Shown here in pieces: positions 1 through 14,190 of a DNA stretch of 64,000 nt. The DNA is from the human T2T-CHM13v2.0 reference genome, Homo sapiens. How positions within the stretch are numbered: the first letter of the stretch is position 1; each line of letters begins with the position of its first letter. The stretch covers positions 61,472,001 through 61,536,000 of the forward strand of contig CP086569.2 in NCBI GenBank assembly GCA_009914755.4, written 5' to 3'. The notes beneath the pieces were generated by a model. That model was not told where the DNA came from and did no database searches. It was given only the letters and a program-made list of their open reading frames with translations. The position numbers and the translations under genes were made by a program.

Positions 1-3000
1 GGAATGGACTGGAAAGCAATGGACTGGAATGGAACTTTCTTGAATGGACTGGAATCAAACGGAATGGAATGCAATGCAATCAAATGGCATGGAATAAAAT
101 AGAATGAAAGAGAATCAAATGGAATTGAATCGAATGGAATCGAATGGATTGGAAAGGAATCGAATGGAATGGAAAGGAATTGACTCAAATGGAATGGACT
201 AGAATGGAATGGATTCGAATGGAAGGCAAAGGAATGGAATCTATTGGAATGGACTGTAATGGAATGGAATGGAAGGGATTGGAATGGACTCGAATGGAAT
301 GGACTGCAATAGAAAGGATTCGAATGGAATGAAAAAGAATTGAATGGAATAGAACAGAATGGAATCAAATCGAATGAAATGGAATGGAATAGACAGGAAT
401 GGAATGAAATGGAATGGAAAGGATTCGAATGGAATGCAATCGAATGGAATGGAATCGAACGGAATGGAATAAAATGGAAGAAAACTGGCAAGAAATGGAA
501 TCGAAATGAATGGAGTGTTATTGAACGGACTCAAAAAAATTGAATGTAATAGAATGGAGTGGAGTGGACTCGAATATAATGGACTGGAATGGAATGAAAT
601 CACATGGAATGGGAACGAATGGAATGGAATGGAAAGGAATGGAATCGAATGGAAAGGAATCGAATGGAAGGGAATGAAATTGAATCAACAGGAATGGAAA
701 GGAGTAGAATAGACGGTAATGGAATGGGCTCGAATAGAATGGACACGAATGCTCAAATTAAATGGACTCAAATGGAATGGAAACGAAAGGAATGTCATCG
801 AATGGAATTGAATCGATTGGAATGAAATCACATAGAATGGAGTGGAATCAAATGGAATTGAATCGAAAGGAAAGGAAGCGAATGGACTGAAATGAAATGG
901 AATGGAATTGAATGGAAATTAATGCAATGGAATAGAATGGAAAGAAATTTCACGGAATGGAATCAAACTGAATGGAATCAAATCAATGGAATATAATCAA
1001 ATGGAATGGAAAGGAATTGAATGGAGTAGATTGGATTGGATGGGATTGGAATGAAATGTACTGGAAAGGACTCGAATTTCAAGAAACGGAATGGAATGAA
1101 TTAGAACGGAATGGACTCGAATGGAATGGAATATCACGGAATGGCATCAAATGGAATGGCATCAATTGGAATGGAATCGAATGCAATGGAATGCTATGGA
1201 ATGGAATGGAATGCATTGGAATGGAATGTCCTCTAATGGAATGGAATCGAGTGGAATGGAATCGAATATAATGGAGTCTAATGAAATGGAATTGAAAGGA
1301 ATGGGATCCAATACAATGGAATATACTGGAATGTAATGTAATGAACTCGAATGTAATTGACTGGAATGGAATGTACATGAATGGAATGTAATCGAATGGA
1401 AAGTAATCCAATGGAATAGAATCTAATGCAATAAAATCGACTCAAGTAGAGTAGAATGTAATGGAATGGAGTGCAGTGCAATGGAATGGAATGGAATGGA
1501 ATGCAATGGAATGGAATGGAATGGAATGGAATGGAATGGGATGGAATGGTATGGGATGGATAGTAATGGACTGGAGTGAAATGGACTGGAAAGGAATGGA
1601 CTCAAATTGAAAGGGCTCGAAAGGAATGGAGTCAAATGGAATGGTCTGGAATGGAATGAACACGAATGTAATGCAATCCAATAGAATGGAATCGAATGGC
1701 ATGGAATATAAAGAAATGGAATCGAAGAGAATGGAAACAAATGGAATGGAATTGAATGGAATGGAATTGAATGGAATGGGAACGAATGGAGTGAAATTGT
1801 ATGCAGTAGAAGAGAATAGAATGGAATGCAAGCGAAAGGAAAGGAATGGATTGGAATGGAATGGAATTCATTGGAATGGAAGGGAATGTAGTGTAATGGA
1901 CAGGCCTGGAATAAAGTGGAATGCTACGGTCTCGAATGGAATAAAAATGTATGGAATGGAATGCAATGAAACGGAACCGAATGTCATAGAATGTAATGGA
2001 ATGCAAAAAAATGGAATCCAAAATCATTGACTGGAAAGGCTGGGTGTCGAAAGGAATTGACTCCAATGGAATGGAATCGAATGGAATGGAAGTGAATAGA
2101 CTCGAACTAAATCGAATGGAATGGAATTGATAGGAACGGAATGGAAAGGAATGCAATGATTTGGCATGGAATGGAATCGAATGGCATCGAATGGAATGGA
2201 ATGGAATGCAATGGAATGGAATGTATTAGAATGTAATGAACTTTAATGGAATGTACTCGAATGGATTCGACTGGAATGGAATGTTCTGGAAGTGAATGGA
2301 CTCCAATGGAATGGATTCGAAAGGAATGGAATCTAATGGAATGGAATTAAGTGGAAATGAATCAAATTGAATAGAACGGAATTGAATTGAATGGAATCGA
2401 AAGCAATGGAATCTAATGAAACGGAAAGGAAAGGAATGGAATGGATTGGAATGGAATGGGCTTGAATGGAATGGAATCGAAACGAATGGAATGGTATCGA
2501 ACTGAAGAGACTGGAATGGAATGCACTGGAATGGAAGGGAATGTAATGGAAGGTTCTCAAGAAAAATGGAATCGAAAGGAATGGAATTGAATGGAACGGA
2601 ATAGAGTCGAATGGAATTCAATGGAATGGAATGGACTAGAGTGAAATGGAATCGAACCACAAGGAATGGACAGGAATAGAATGGTCTCGAATTGAATGGA
2701 ATCGTATGGAATGGCATCAAACGGAATGGAATGGACAGCCACGGAATGGAATGCACTCGAATGCAATGGAGTCGACACTAACGGACTGGAATAGAATGGA
2801 CTCGACTGGTACGGACTCCAATGGAATGGAATCGAATGGAAGGGTATCGAACGGAATGGACTCGAAGGGAAAAGACTGCAATGGAAAGGTCTCGAATGGA
2901 ATGGAAATTAATGGAATGGAATGGAGTCGAATGAAATGGAGTCAAAAGGAATGGAATCGAATGGCAAGAAATCGAATGTAATGGAATCGCAAGGAATTGA

Positions 3001-3538
3001 AGTGAACGGAACGGAATGGAATGGAATCCAAAGGAATGGAATAGAATGGAATGGAATCGAATGGAAAGGACTCGAATGGAAATCACTCGAATAGAATGCA
3101 ATTTAATAAAATAGGATCAAATGTAATGGAATGGAATGGAAAGGAATCGAAACGAAAGGAATGGAGACAGATGGAATGGAATGGAACAGAGAGCAATGGT
3201 ATAGAATGGAATGGAATCATCTGGAATGGAATTGAATGGAATGGAATAATATGAAATGGAATGGAATGGAATGGAATGCCCTTGAATTAAATGGACTGGA
3301 ATGGAATGGACTCGAACAGAGTGTAATGGAAAGTGTTGAAATAGAATGGAATGGACTCGTTTGGAATGGTCTAGTATGCAATGCAATCGACTGGCAGGGA
3401 ATCAAAAGGAATGTAATCGAATGGATTGGACTGGAATGCAATGGACTCGAATAGATTGGAAACGGAAAGCAAAGGAATGGAATGGAATAGTATGGAATGG
3501 AATGGAAAGGAATGGAGTGGAATAGACTAGAGTGGAAT
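1..3538 (+). repeat. HOR unit 1 (3538 bp)
   Basis: Anchor ggaatggact(g/c)gaaagcaatgga at position 1; next anchor at 3539. Confidence 0.85.
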
Positions 3539-6500
3539 GGAATGGACTGGAAAGCAATGGACTGGAATGGAACTTTCTTGAATGGACTGGAATCAAACGG
3601 AATGGAATGCAATGCAATCAAATGGCATGGAATAAAATAGAATGAAAGAGAATCAAATGGAATTGAATCGAATGGAATCGAATGGATTGGAAAGGAATAG
3701 AATGGAATGGAACGGAATTGACTCAAATGGAATGGACTAGAATGGAATGGATTCGAATGGAAGGCAAAGGAATGGAATCTATTGGAATGGACTGTAATGG
3801 AATGGAATGGAAGGGATTGGAATGGACTCGAATGGAATGGACTGCAATAGAAAGGATTCGAATGGAATGAAAAAGAATTGAATGGAATAGAACAGAATGG
3901 AATCAAATCGAATGAAATGGAATGGAATAGAAAGGAATGGAATGAAATGAAATGGAAAGGATTCGAATGGAATGCAATCGAATGGAATGTAATCGAATGG
4001 AATGGAATCGAACGGAATGGAATAAAATGGAAGAAAACTGGCAAGAAATGGAGTCGAAATGAATGGAGTGTTATGGAACGGACTCAAAAGGAATTGAATG
4101 TAATAGAATGGAGTGGAGTGGACTCGAATATAATGGACTGGAATTGAATGAAATCACATGGAATGGGAACGAATGGAATGGAATGGAAAGGAATGGAATG
4201 GAATGGAAAGGAATCGAATGGAAGGGAATGAAATTGAATCAACAGGAATGGAAGGGAGTAGAATAGACGGTAATGGAATGGACTCGAATAGAATGGACAC
4301 GAATGCTCAAATTGAATGGACTCGAATGGAATGGAAACGAAAGGAATGTCATCGAATGGAATTGAATCGATTGGAATGAAATCACATAGAATGGAGTGGA
4401 ATCAAATGGAATTGAATCGAAAGGAAAGGAAGCGAATGGACTGAAATGAAATGGAATGGAATTGAATGGAAATTAATGCAATGGAATAGAATGGAACGAA
4501 ATTTCACGGAATGGAATCAAACTGAATGGAATCAAATCAATGGAATATAATCAAATGGAATGGAAAGGAATTGAATGGAGTAGATTGGATTGGATGGGAT
4601 TGGAATGAAATGTACTGGAAAGGACTCGAATTTCATGAAACGGAATGGAATGAATTAGAACGGAATGGACTCAAATGGAATGGAATGTCATGGAATGGCA
4701 TCTAATGGAATGGAATCGAATGCGATGGAATGCTATGGAATGGAATGGAATGCATTGGAATGGAATGTCCTCTAATGGAATGTATTCGAGTGGAATGGAA
4801 TCGAATATAATGGAGTCTAATGAAATGGAATTGAAAGGAATAGGACCGAATACAATGGAATATACTGGAATGTAATGTAATGAACTCGAATGTAATTGAC
4901 TGGAATGGAATGTACATGAATGGAATGTAATCGAATGGAAAGCAATCCAATGGAATAGAATCTAATGCAATAAAATCGACTCAAATAGAGTAGAATGTAA
5001 TGGAATGGAGTGCAGTGCAATGGAATGGAATGGAATGGAATGCAATGGAATGGAATGGAATGGAATGGAATGGTATGGAATGGATAGTAATGGACTGGAG
5101 TGAAATGGACTGGAAAAGAATGGACTCAAATTGAAAGGGCTCGAAAGGAATGGAGTCAAATGGAATGGTCTGGAATGGAATGAACACGAATGCAATGCAA
5201 TCCAATAGAATGGAATCGAATGGCATGGAATATAAAGAAATGGAATCGAAGAGAATGGAAACAAATGGAATGGAATTGAATGGAATGGAATTGAATGCAA
5301 TGGGAACGAATGGAGTGAAATTGTATGCAGTAGAAGAGAATAGAATGGAATGCAAGCGAAAGGAAAGGAATGGATTGGAATGGAATGGAATTCATTGGAA
5401 TGGAAGGGAATGTAGTGTAATGGACAGGCCTGGAATAAAGTGGAATGCTACGGTCTCGAATGGAATAAAAATGTATGGAATGGAATGCAATGAAACGGAA
5501 TCGAATGTCATAGAATGTAGTGGAATGCAAAAAAATGGACTCCAAAATCATTGACTGGAAAGGCTGGGTGTCGAAAGGAATTGACTCCAATGGAATGGAA
5601 TCGAATGGAATGGAAGTGAATAGAATCGAACTAAATCGAATGGAATGGAATTGATTGGAATGGAATTGTTAGGAACGGAATGGAAAGGAATGCAATGATT
5701 TGGCATGGAATGGAATCGAATGGCATCGAATGGATTGGAATGGAATGCAATGGAATGGAATGTATTAGAATGTAATGAACTTTAATGGAATGTACTCGAA
5801 TGGATTCGACTGGAATGGAATGTTCTCGAAGTGAATGGACTCCAATGGAATGGATTCGAAAGGAATGGAATCTAATGGAATGGAATTAAATGGAAATGAA
5901 TCAAATTGAATAGAACGGAATTGAATTGAATGGAATCGAATGCAATGGAATCTAATGAAACGGAAAGGAAAGGAATGGAATGGATTGGAATGGAATGGGC
6001 TGGAATGGAATGGAATCGAAACGAATGGAATGGAATCGAACTGAAGAGACTGGAATGGAATGCACTGGAATGGAAGGGAATGTAATGGAAGGTTCTCGAA
6101 AAAAATGGAATCGAAAGGAATGGAATTGAATGGAACGGAATAGAGTCGAATGGAATTCAATGGAATGGAATGGACTAGAGTGAAATGGAATCGAACCACA
6201 AGGAATGGACAGGAATAGAATGGTCTCGAATTGAATGGAATCGTATGGAATGGCATCAATCGGAATGGAATGGACAGCCACGGAATGGAATGGACAGCCA
6301 CGGAATGGAATGCACTCGAATGCAATGGAGTCGACACTAATGGACTGGAATAGAATGGACTCGACTGATACGGACTCCAATGGAATGGAATCGAATGGAA
6401 GGGAATCGAACGGAATGGACTCGAAGGGAAAAGACTGCAATGGAAAGGTCTCCAATGGAATGGAAATTAATGGAATGGAATGGAATCGAATGAAATGGAG

Positions 6501-7097
6501 TCAAAAGGAATGGAATCGAATGGCAAGAAATCGAATGTAATGGAATCGCAAGGAATTGATGTGAACGGAACGGAATGGAATGGAATCCAAAGGAATGGAA
6601 TAGAATGGAATGGAATCGAATGGAAAGGACTCGAATGGAAATCACTCGAATAGAATGCAATTTAATAAAATAGGATCAAATGTAATGGAATGGAATGGAA
6701 AGGAATCGAAACGAAAGGAATGGAGACAGATGGAATGGAATGGAACAGAGAGCAATGGTATAGAATGGAATGGAATCATCTGGAATGGAATTGAATGGAA
6801 TGGAATAATATGAAATGGAAAGGAATGGAATGGAATGCCCTTGAATTAAATGGACTGGAATGGAATGGACTCGAACAGAGTGGAATGGAAAGTGTTGAAA
6901 TAGAATGGAATGGACTCGTTTGGAATGGTCTAGTATGCAATGCAATCGACTGGCAGGGAATCAAAAGGAATGTAATAGAATGGATTGAACTGGAATGCAA
7001 TGGACTCGAATAGATTGGAAACGGAAAGCAAAGGAATGGAATGGAATAGTATGGAATGGAATGGAAAGGAATGGAGTGGAATAGACTAGAGTGGAAT
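3539..7097 (+). repeat. HOR unit 2 (3559 bp). Carries a 22-bp duplication ggaatggaatggacagccac (around 6265–6310).
   Basis: Anchor at 3539; next anchor at 7098. The extra length is explained by a tandem 22-bp duplication not present in unit 1. Confidence 0.85.
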
Positions 7098-10000
7098 GGA
7101 ATGGACTCGAAAGCAATGGAGTGGAATGGAACTTTCTTGAATGGACTGGAATCAAACGGAATGGAATGCAATGCAATCAAATGGCATGGAATAAAATAGA
7201 ATGAAAGAGAATCAAATGGAATTGAATCGAATGGAATCGAATGGATTGGAAAGGAATAGAATGGAATGGAATGGAATTGACTCAAATGGAATGGACTAGA
7301 ATGGAATGGATTCGAATGGAAGGCAAAGGAATGGAATCTATTGGAATGGACTGTAATGGAATGGAATGGAAGGGATTGGAATGGACTCGAATGGAATGGA
7401 GTGCAATAGAAAGGATTCGAATGGAAGGAAAAAGAATTGAATGGAATAGAACAGAATGGAATCAAATCGAATGAAATGGAATGGAATAGAAAGAAATGGA
7501 ATGAAATGGAATGGAAAGGATTCGAATGGAATGCAATCAAATGGAATGGAATCGAACGGAATGGAATAAAATGGAAGAAAACTGGCAAGAAATGGAGTCG
7601 AAATGAATGGAGTGTTATGGAACCGACTCAAAAGGAATTGAATGTAATAGAATGGAGTGGAGTGGACTCGAATATAATGGACTGGAATGGAATGAAATCA
7701 CATGGAATGGGAACGAATGGAATGGAATGGAAAGGAATGGAATCCAATGGAAAGGAATCGAATGGAAGGGAATGAAATTGAATCAACAGGAATGGAAGGG
7801 AGTAGAATAGACGGTAATGGAATGGACTCGAATAGAATGGACACGAATGCTCAAATTGAATGGACTCGAATGGAATGGAAACGAAAGGAATGTCATCGAA
7901 TGGAATTGAATCGATTGGAATGAAATCACATAGAATGGAGTGGAATCAAATGGAATTGAATCGAAAGGAAAGGAAGCGAATGGACTGAAATGAAATGGAA
8001 TGGAATTGAATGGAAAGTAATGCAATGGAATAGAATGGAACGAAATTTCACGGAATGGAATCAAACTGAATGGAATCAAATCAATGGAATCAAATCAAAT
8101 GGAATGGAAAGGAATTGAATGGAGTAGATTGGATTGGATGGGATTGGAATGAAATGTACTGGAAAGGACTCGAATTTCATGAAACGGAATGGAGTGAATT
8201 AGAACGGAATGGACTCGAATGGAATGGAATGTCATGGAATGGCATCAAATGGAATGGAATCGAATGCGATGGAATGCTATGGAATGGAATGGAATGCATT
8301 GGAATGGAATGTCCTCTAATGGAATGTATTCGAGTGGAATGGAATCGAATATAATGGAGTCTAATGAAATGGAATTGAAAGGAATGGGACCGAATACAAT
8401 GGAATATACTGGAATGTAATGTAATGAACTCGAATGTAATTGACTGGAATGGAATGTACATGAATGGAATGTAATCGAATGGAAAGCAATCCAATGGAAT
8501 AGAATCTAATGCAATAAAATCGACTCAAATAGAGTAGAATGTAATGGAATGGAGTGCAGTGCAATGGAATGGAATGGAATGGAATGCAATGGAATGGAAT
8601 GGAATGGAATGGAATGGGATGGAATGGTGTGGAATGGATAGTAATGGACTGGAGTGAAATGGACTGGAAAAGAATGGACTCAAATTGAAAGGGCTCGAAA
8701 GGAATGGAGTCAAATGGAATGGTCTGGAATGGAATGAACACGAATGTAATGCAATCCAATAGAATGGAATCGAATGGCATGGAATATAAAGAAATGGAAT
8801 CGAAGAGATTGGAAACAAATGGAATGGAATTGAATGGAATGGAATTGAATGGAATGGGAACGAATGGAGTGAAATTGTATGCAGTAGAAGAGAATAGAAT
8901 GGAATGCAAGCGAAAGGAAAGGAATGGATTGGAATGGAATGGAATTCATTGGAATGGAAGGGAATGTAGTGTAATGGACAGGCCTGGAATAAAGTGGAAT
9001 GCTACGGTCTCGAATGGAATAAAAATGTATGGAATGGAATGCAATGAAACGGAATCGAATGTCATAGAATGTAATGCAATGCAAAAAAATGGACTCCAAA
9101 ATCATTGACTGGAAAGGCTGGGTGTCGAAAGGAATTGACTCCAATGGAATGGAATCGAATGGAATGGAAGTGAATAGAATGGAACTAAATCGAATGGAAT
9201 GGAATTGATAGGAACGGAATGGAAAGGAATGCAATGATTTGGCATGGAATGGAATCGAATGGCATCGAATGGAATGGAATGGAATGCAATGGAATGGAAT
9301 GTATTAGAATGTAATGAACTTTAATGGAATGTACTCGAATGGATTCGACTGGAATGGAATGTTCTCGAAGTGAATGGACTCCAATGGAATGGATTCGAAA
9401 GGAATGGAATCTAATTGAATGGAATTAAATGGAAATGAATCAAATTGAATAGAACGGAATTGAATTGAATGGAATCGAATGCAATGGAATCTAATGAAAC
9501 GGAAAGGAAAGGAATGGAATGGATTGGAATGGAATGGGCTGGAATGGAATGGAATCGAAACGAATGGAATGGAATCGAACTGAAGAGACTGGAATGGAAT
9601 GCACTGGAATGGAAGGGAATATAATGGAAGGTTCTCGAAAAAAATGGAATCGAAAGGAATGGAATTGAATGGAACGGAATAGAGTCGAATGGAATTCAAT
9701 GGAATGGAATGGACTAGAGTGAAATGGAATCGAACCACAAGGAATTGACAGGAATAGAATGGTCTCGAATTGAATGGAATCATATGGAATGGCATCAAAC
9801 GGAATGGAATGGACAGCCACGGAATGGAATGGACACCCACGGAATGGAATGCACTCGAATGCAATGGAGTCGACACTAATGGACTGGAATAGAATGGACT
9901 CGACTGGTACGGACTCCAATGGAATGGAATCGAATGGAAGGGAATCGAACGGAATGGACTCGAAGGGAAAAGACTGCAATGGAAAGGTCTCCAATGGAAT

Positions 10001-10636
10001 GGAAATTAATGGAATGGAATGGAATCGAATGAAATGGAGTCAAAAGGAATGGAATCGAATGGCAAGAAATCGAATGTAATGGAATCGCAAGGAATTGATG
10101 TGAACGGAACGGAATGGAATGGAATCCAAAGGAATGGAATAGAATGGAATGGAATCGAATGGAAAGGACTCGAATGGAAATCACTCGAATAGAATGCAAT
10201 TTAATAAAATAGGATCAAATGTAATGGAATGGAATGGAAAGGAATCGAAACGAAAGGAATGGAGACAGATGGAATGGAATGGAACAGAGAGCAATGGTAT
10301 AGAATGGAATGGAATCATCTGGAATGGAATTGAATGGAATGGAATAATATGAAATGGAATGGAATGGAATGGAATGCCCTTGAATTAAATGGACTGGAAT
10401 GGAATGGACTCGAACAGAGTGGAATGGAAAGTGTTGAAATAGAATGGAATGGACTCGTTTGGAATGGTCTAGTATGCAATGCAATCGACTGGCAGGGAAT
10501 CAAAAGGAATGTAATCGAATGGATTGGACTGGAATGCAATGGACTCGAATAGATTGGAAACGGAAAGCAAAGGAATGGAATGGAATAGTATGGAATGGAA
10601 TGGAAAGGAATGGAGTGGAATAGACTAGAGTGGAAT
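7098..10636 (+). repeat. HOR unit 3 (3539 bp)
   Basis: Anchor at 7098; next at 10637. Shares the 22-bp duplication (around 9805–9845; second copy has ggacacccac). Confidence 0.85.
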
Positions 10637-13600
10637 GGAATGGACTCGAAAGCAATGGACTGGAATGGAACTTTCTTGAATGGACTGGAATCAAACGGAA
10701 TGGAATGCAATGCAATCAAATGGCATGGAATAAAATAGAATGAAAGAGAATGAAATGGAATTGAATCGAATGGAATCGAATGGATTGGAAAGGAATAGAA
10801 TGGAATGGAATGGAATTGACTCAAATGGAATGGACTAGAATGGAATGGATTCGAATGGAAGGCAAAGGAATGGAATCTATTGGAATGGACTGTAATGGAA
10901 TGGAATGGAAGGGATTGGAATGGACTCGAATGGAATGGACTGCAATAGAAAGGATTCGAATGGAATGAAAAAGAATTGAATGGAATAAAACAGAATGGAA
11001 TCAAATCGAATGAAATGGAATGGAATAGAAAGGAATGGAATGAAATGGAATGGAAAGGATTCGAATGGAATGCAATCGAATGGAATGCAATCGAATGGAA
11101 TGGAATCGAACGGAATGGAATAAAATGGAAGAAAACTGGCAAGAAATGGAATCGAAATGAATGGAGTGTTATGGAACGGACTCAAAAGGAATTGAATGTA
11201 ATAGAATGGAGTGGAGTGGACTCGAATATAATGGACTGGAATGGAATGAAATCACATGGAATGGGAACGAATGGAATGGAATGGAAAGGAATGGAATCGA
11301 ATGGAAAGGAATCGAATGGAAGGGAATGAAATTGAATCAACAGGAATGGAAGGGAGTAGAATAGACGGTAATGGAATGGACTCGAATAGAATGGACACGA
11401 ATGCTCAAATTGAATGGACTCGAATGGAATGGAAACGAAAGGAATGTCATCGAATGGAATTGAATCGATTGGAATGAAATCACATAGAATGGAGTGGAAT
11501 CAAATGGAATTGAATCGAAAGGAAAGGAAGCGAATGGACTGAAATGAAATGGAATGTAATTGAATGGAAATTAATGCAATGGAATAGAATGGAACGAAAT
11601 TTCACGGAATGGAATCAAACTGAATGGAATCAAATCAATGGAATATAATCAAATGGAATGGAAAGGAATTGAATGGAGTAGATTGGATTGGATGGGATTG
11701 GAATGAAATGTACTGGAAATGACTCGAATTTCATGAAACGGAATGGAATGAATTAGAATGGAATGGACTCGAATGGAATGGAATGTCATGGAATGGCATC
11801 AAATGGAATGGAATCGAATGCGATGGAATGCTATGGAATGGAATGGAATGCATTGGAATGGAATGTCCCCTAATGGAATGTATTCGAGTGGAATGGAATC
11901 GAATATAATGGAGTCTAATGAAAGGGAATTGAAAGGAATGGGACCGAATACAATGGAATATACTGGAATGTAATGTAATGAACTCGAATGTAATTGACTG
12001 GAATGGAATGTACATGAATGGAATGTAATCGAATGGAAAGCAATCCAATGGAATAGAATCTAATGCAATAAAATCGACTCAAATATAGTAGAATGTAATG
12101 GAATGGAGTGCAGTGCAATGGAATGGAATGGAATGGAATGCAATGGAATGGAATGGAATGGAATGGAATGGGATTGAATGGTATGGAATGGATAGTAATG
12201 GACTGGAGTGAAATGGACTGGAAAAGAATGGACACAAATTGAAAGGGCTCGAAAGGAATGGAGTCAAATGGAATGGTCTGGAATGGAATGAACACGAATG
12301 TAATGCAATCCAATAGAATGGAATCGAATGGCATGGAATATAAAGAAATGGAATCGAAGAGAATGGAAACAAATGGAATGGAATTGAATGGAATGGAATT
12401 GAATGGAATGGGAACGAATGGAGTGAAATTGTATGCAGTAGAAGAGAATAGAATGGAATGCAAGCGAAAGGAAAGGAATGGATTGGAATGGAATGGAATT
12501 CATTGGAATGGAAGGGAATGTAGTGTAATGGACAGGCCTGGAATAAAGTGGAATGCTACGGTCTCGAATGGAATAAAAATGTATGGAATGGAATGCAATG
12601 AAACGGAATCGAATGTCATAGAATGTAATGGAATGCAAAAAAATGGACTCCAAAATCATTGACTGGAAAGGCTGGGTGTCGAAAGCAATTGACTCCAATG
12701 GAATGGAATCGAAAGGAATGGAAGTGAATAGAATGGAACTAAACCGAATGGAATGGAATTGATAGGAACGGAATGGAAAGGAATGCAATGATTTGGCATG
12801 GAATGGAATCGAATGGCATCGAATGGAATGGAATGGAATGCAATGGAATGGAATGTATTAGAATGTAATGAACTTTAATGGAATGTACTCGAATGGATTC
12901 GACTGGAATGGAATGTTCTCGAAGTGAATGGACTCCAATGGAATGGATTCGAAAGGAATGGAATCTAATGGAATGGAATTAAATGGAAATGAATCAAATT
13001 GAATAGAACGGAATTGAATTGAATGGAATCGAATGCAATGGAATCTAATGAAACGGAAAGGAAAGGAATGGAATGGATTGGAATGGAATGGGCTGGAATG
13101 GAATGGAATCGAAACGAATGGAATGGAATCGAACTGAAGAGACTGGAATGGAATGCACTGGAATGGAAGGGAATGTAATGGAAGGTTCTCGAAAAAAATG
13201 GAATCGAAAGGAATGGAATTGAATGGAACGGAATAGAGTCGAATGGAATTCAATGGAATGGAATGGACTAGAGTGAAATGGAATCGTACCACAAGGAATG
13301 GACAGGAATAGAATGTTCTCGAATTGAATGGAATCGTATGGAATGGCATCAGTCGGAATGGAATGGACAGCCACGGAATGGAATGGACACCCACGGAATG
13401 GAATGCACTCGAATGCAATGTAGTCGACACTAATGGACTGGAATAGAATGGACTCGACTGATACGGACTCCAATGGAATGGAATCGAATGGAAGGGAATC
13501 GAACGGAATGGACTCGAAGGGAAAAGACTGCAATGGAAAGGTCTCCAATGGAATGGAAATTAATGGAATGGAATGGAATCGAATGAAATGGAGTCAAAAG

Positions 13601-14190
13601 GAATGGAATCGAATGGCAAGAAATCGAATGTAATGGAATCGCAAGGAATTGATGTGAACGGAACGGAATGGAATGGAATCCAAAGGAATGGAATAGAATG
13701 GAATGGAATCGAATGGAAAGGACTCGAATGGAAATCACTCGAATAGAATGCAATTTAATAAAATAGGATCAAATGTAATGGAATGGAATGGAAAGGAATC
13801 GAAACGAAAGGAATGGAGACAGATGGAATGGAATGGAACAGAGAGCAATGGTATAGAATGGAATGGAATCATCTGGAATGGAATTGAATGGAATGGAATA
13901 ATATGAAATGGAAAGGAATGGAATGGAATGCCCTTGAATTAAATGGACTGGAATGGAATGGACTCGAACAGAGTGGAATGGAAAGTGTTGAAATAGAATG
14001 GAATGGACTCGTTTGGAATGGTCTAGTATGCAATGCAATCGACTGGCAGGGAATCAAAAGGAATGTAATCGAATGGATTGGACTGGAATGCAATGGACTC
14101 GAATAGATTGGAAACGGAAAGCAAAGGAATGGAATGGAATAGTATGGAATGGAATGGAAAGGAATGGAGTGGAATAGACTAGAGTGGAAT
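10637..14190 (+). repeat. HOR unit 4 (3554 bp)
   Basis: Anchor at 10637; next at 14191. Shares the 22-bp duplication (around 13355–13395). Confidence 0.85.
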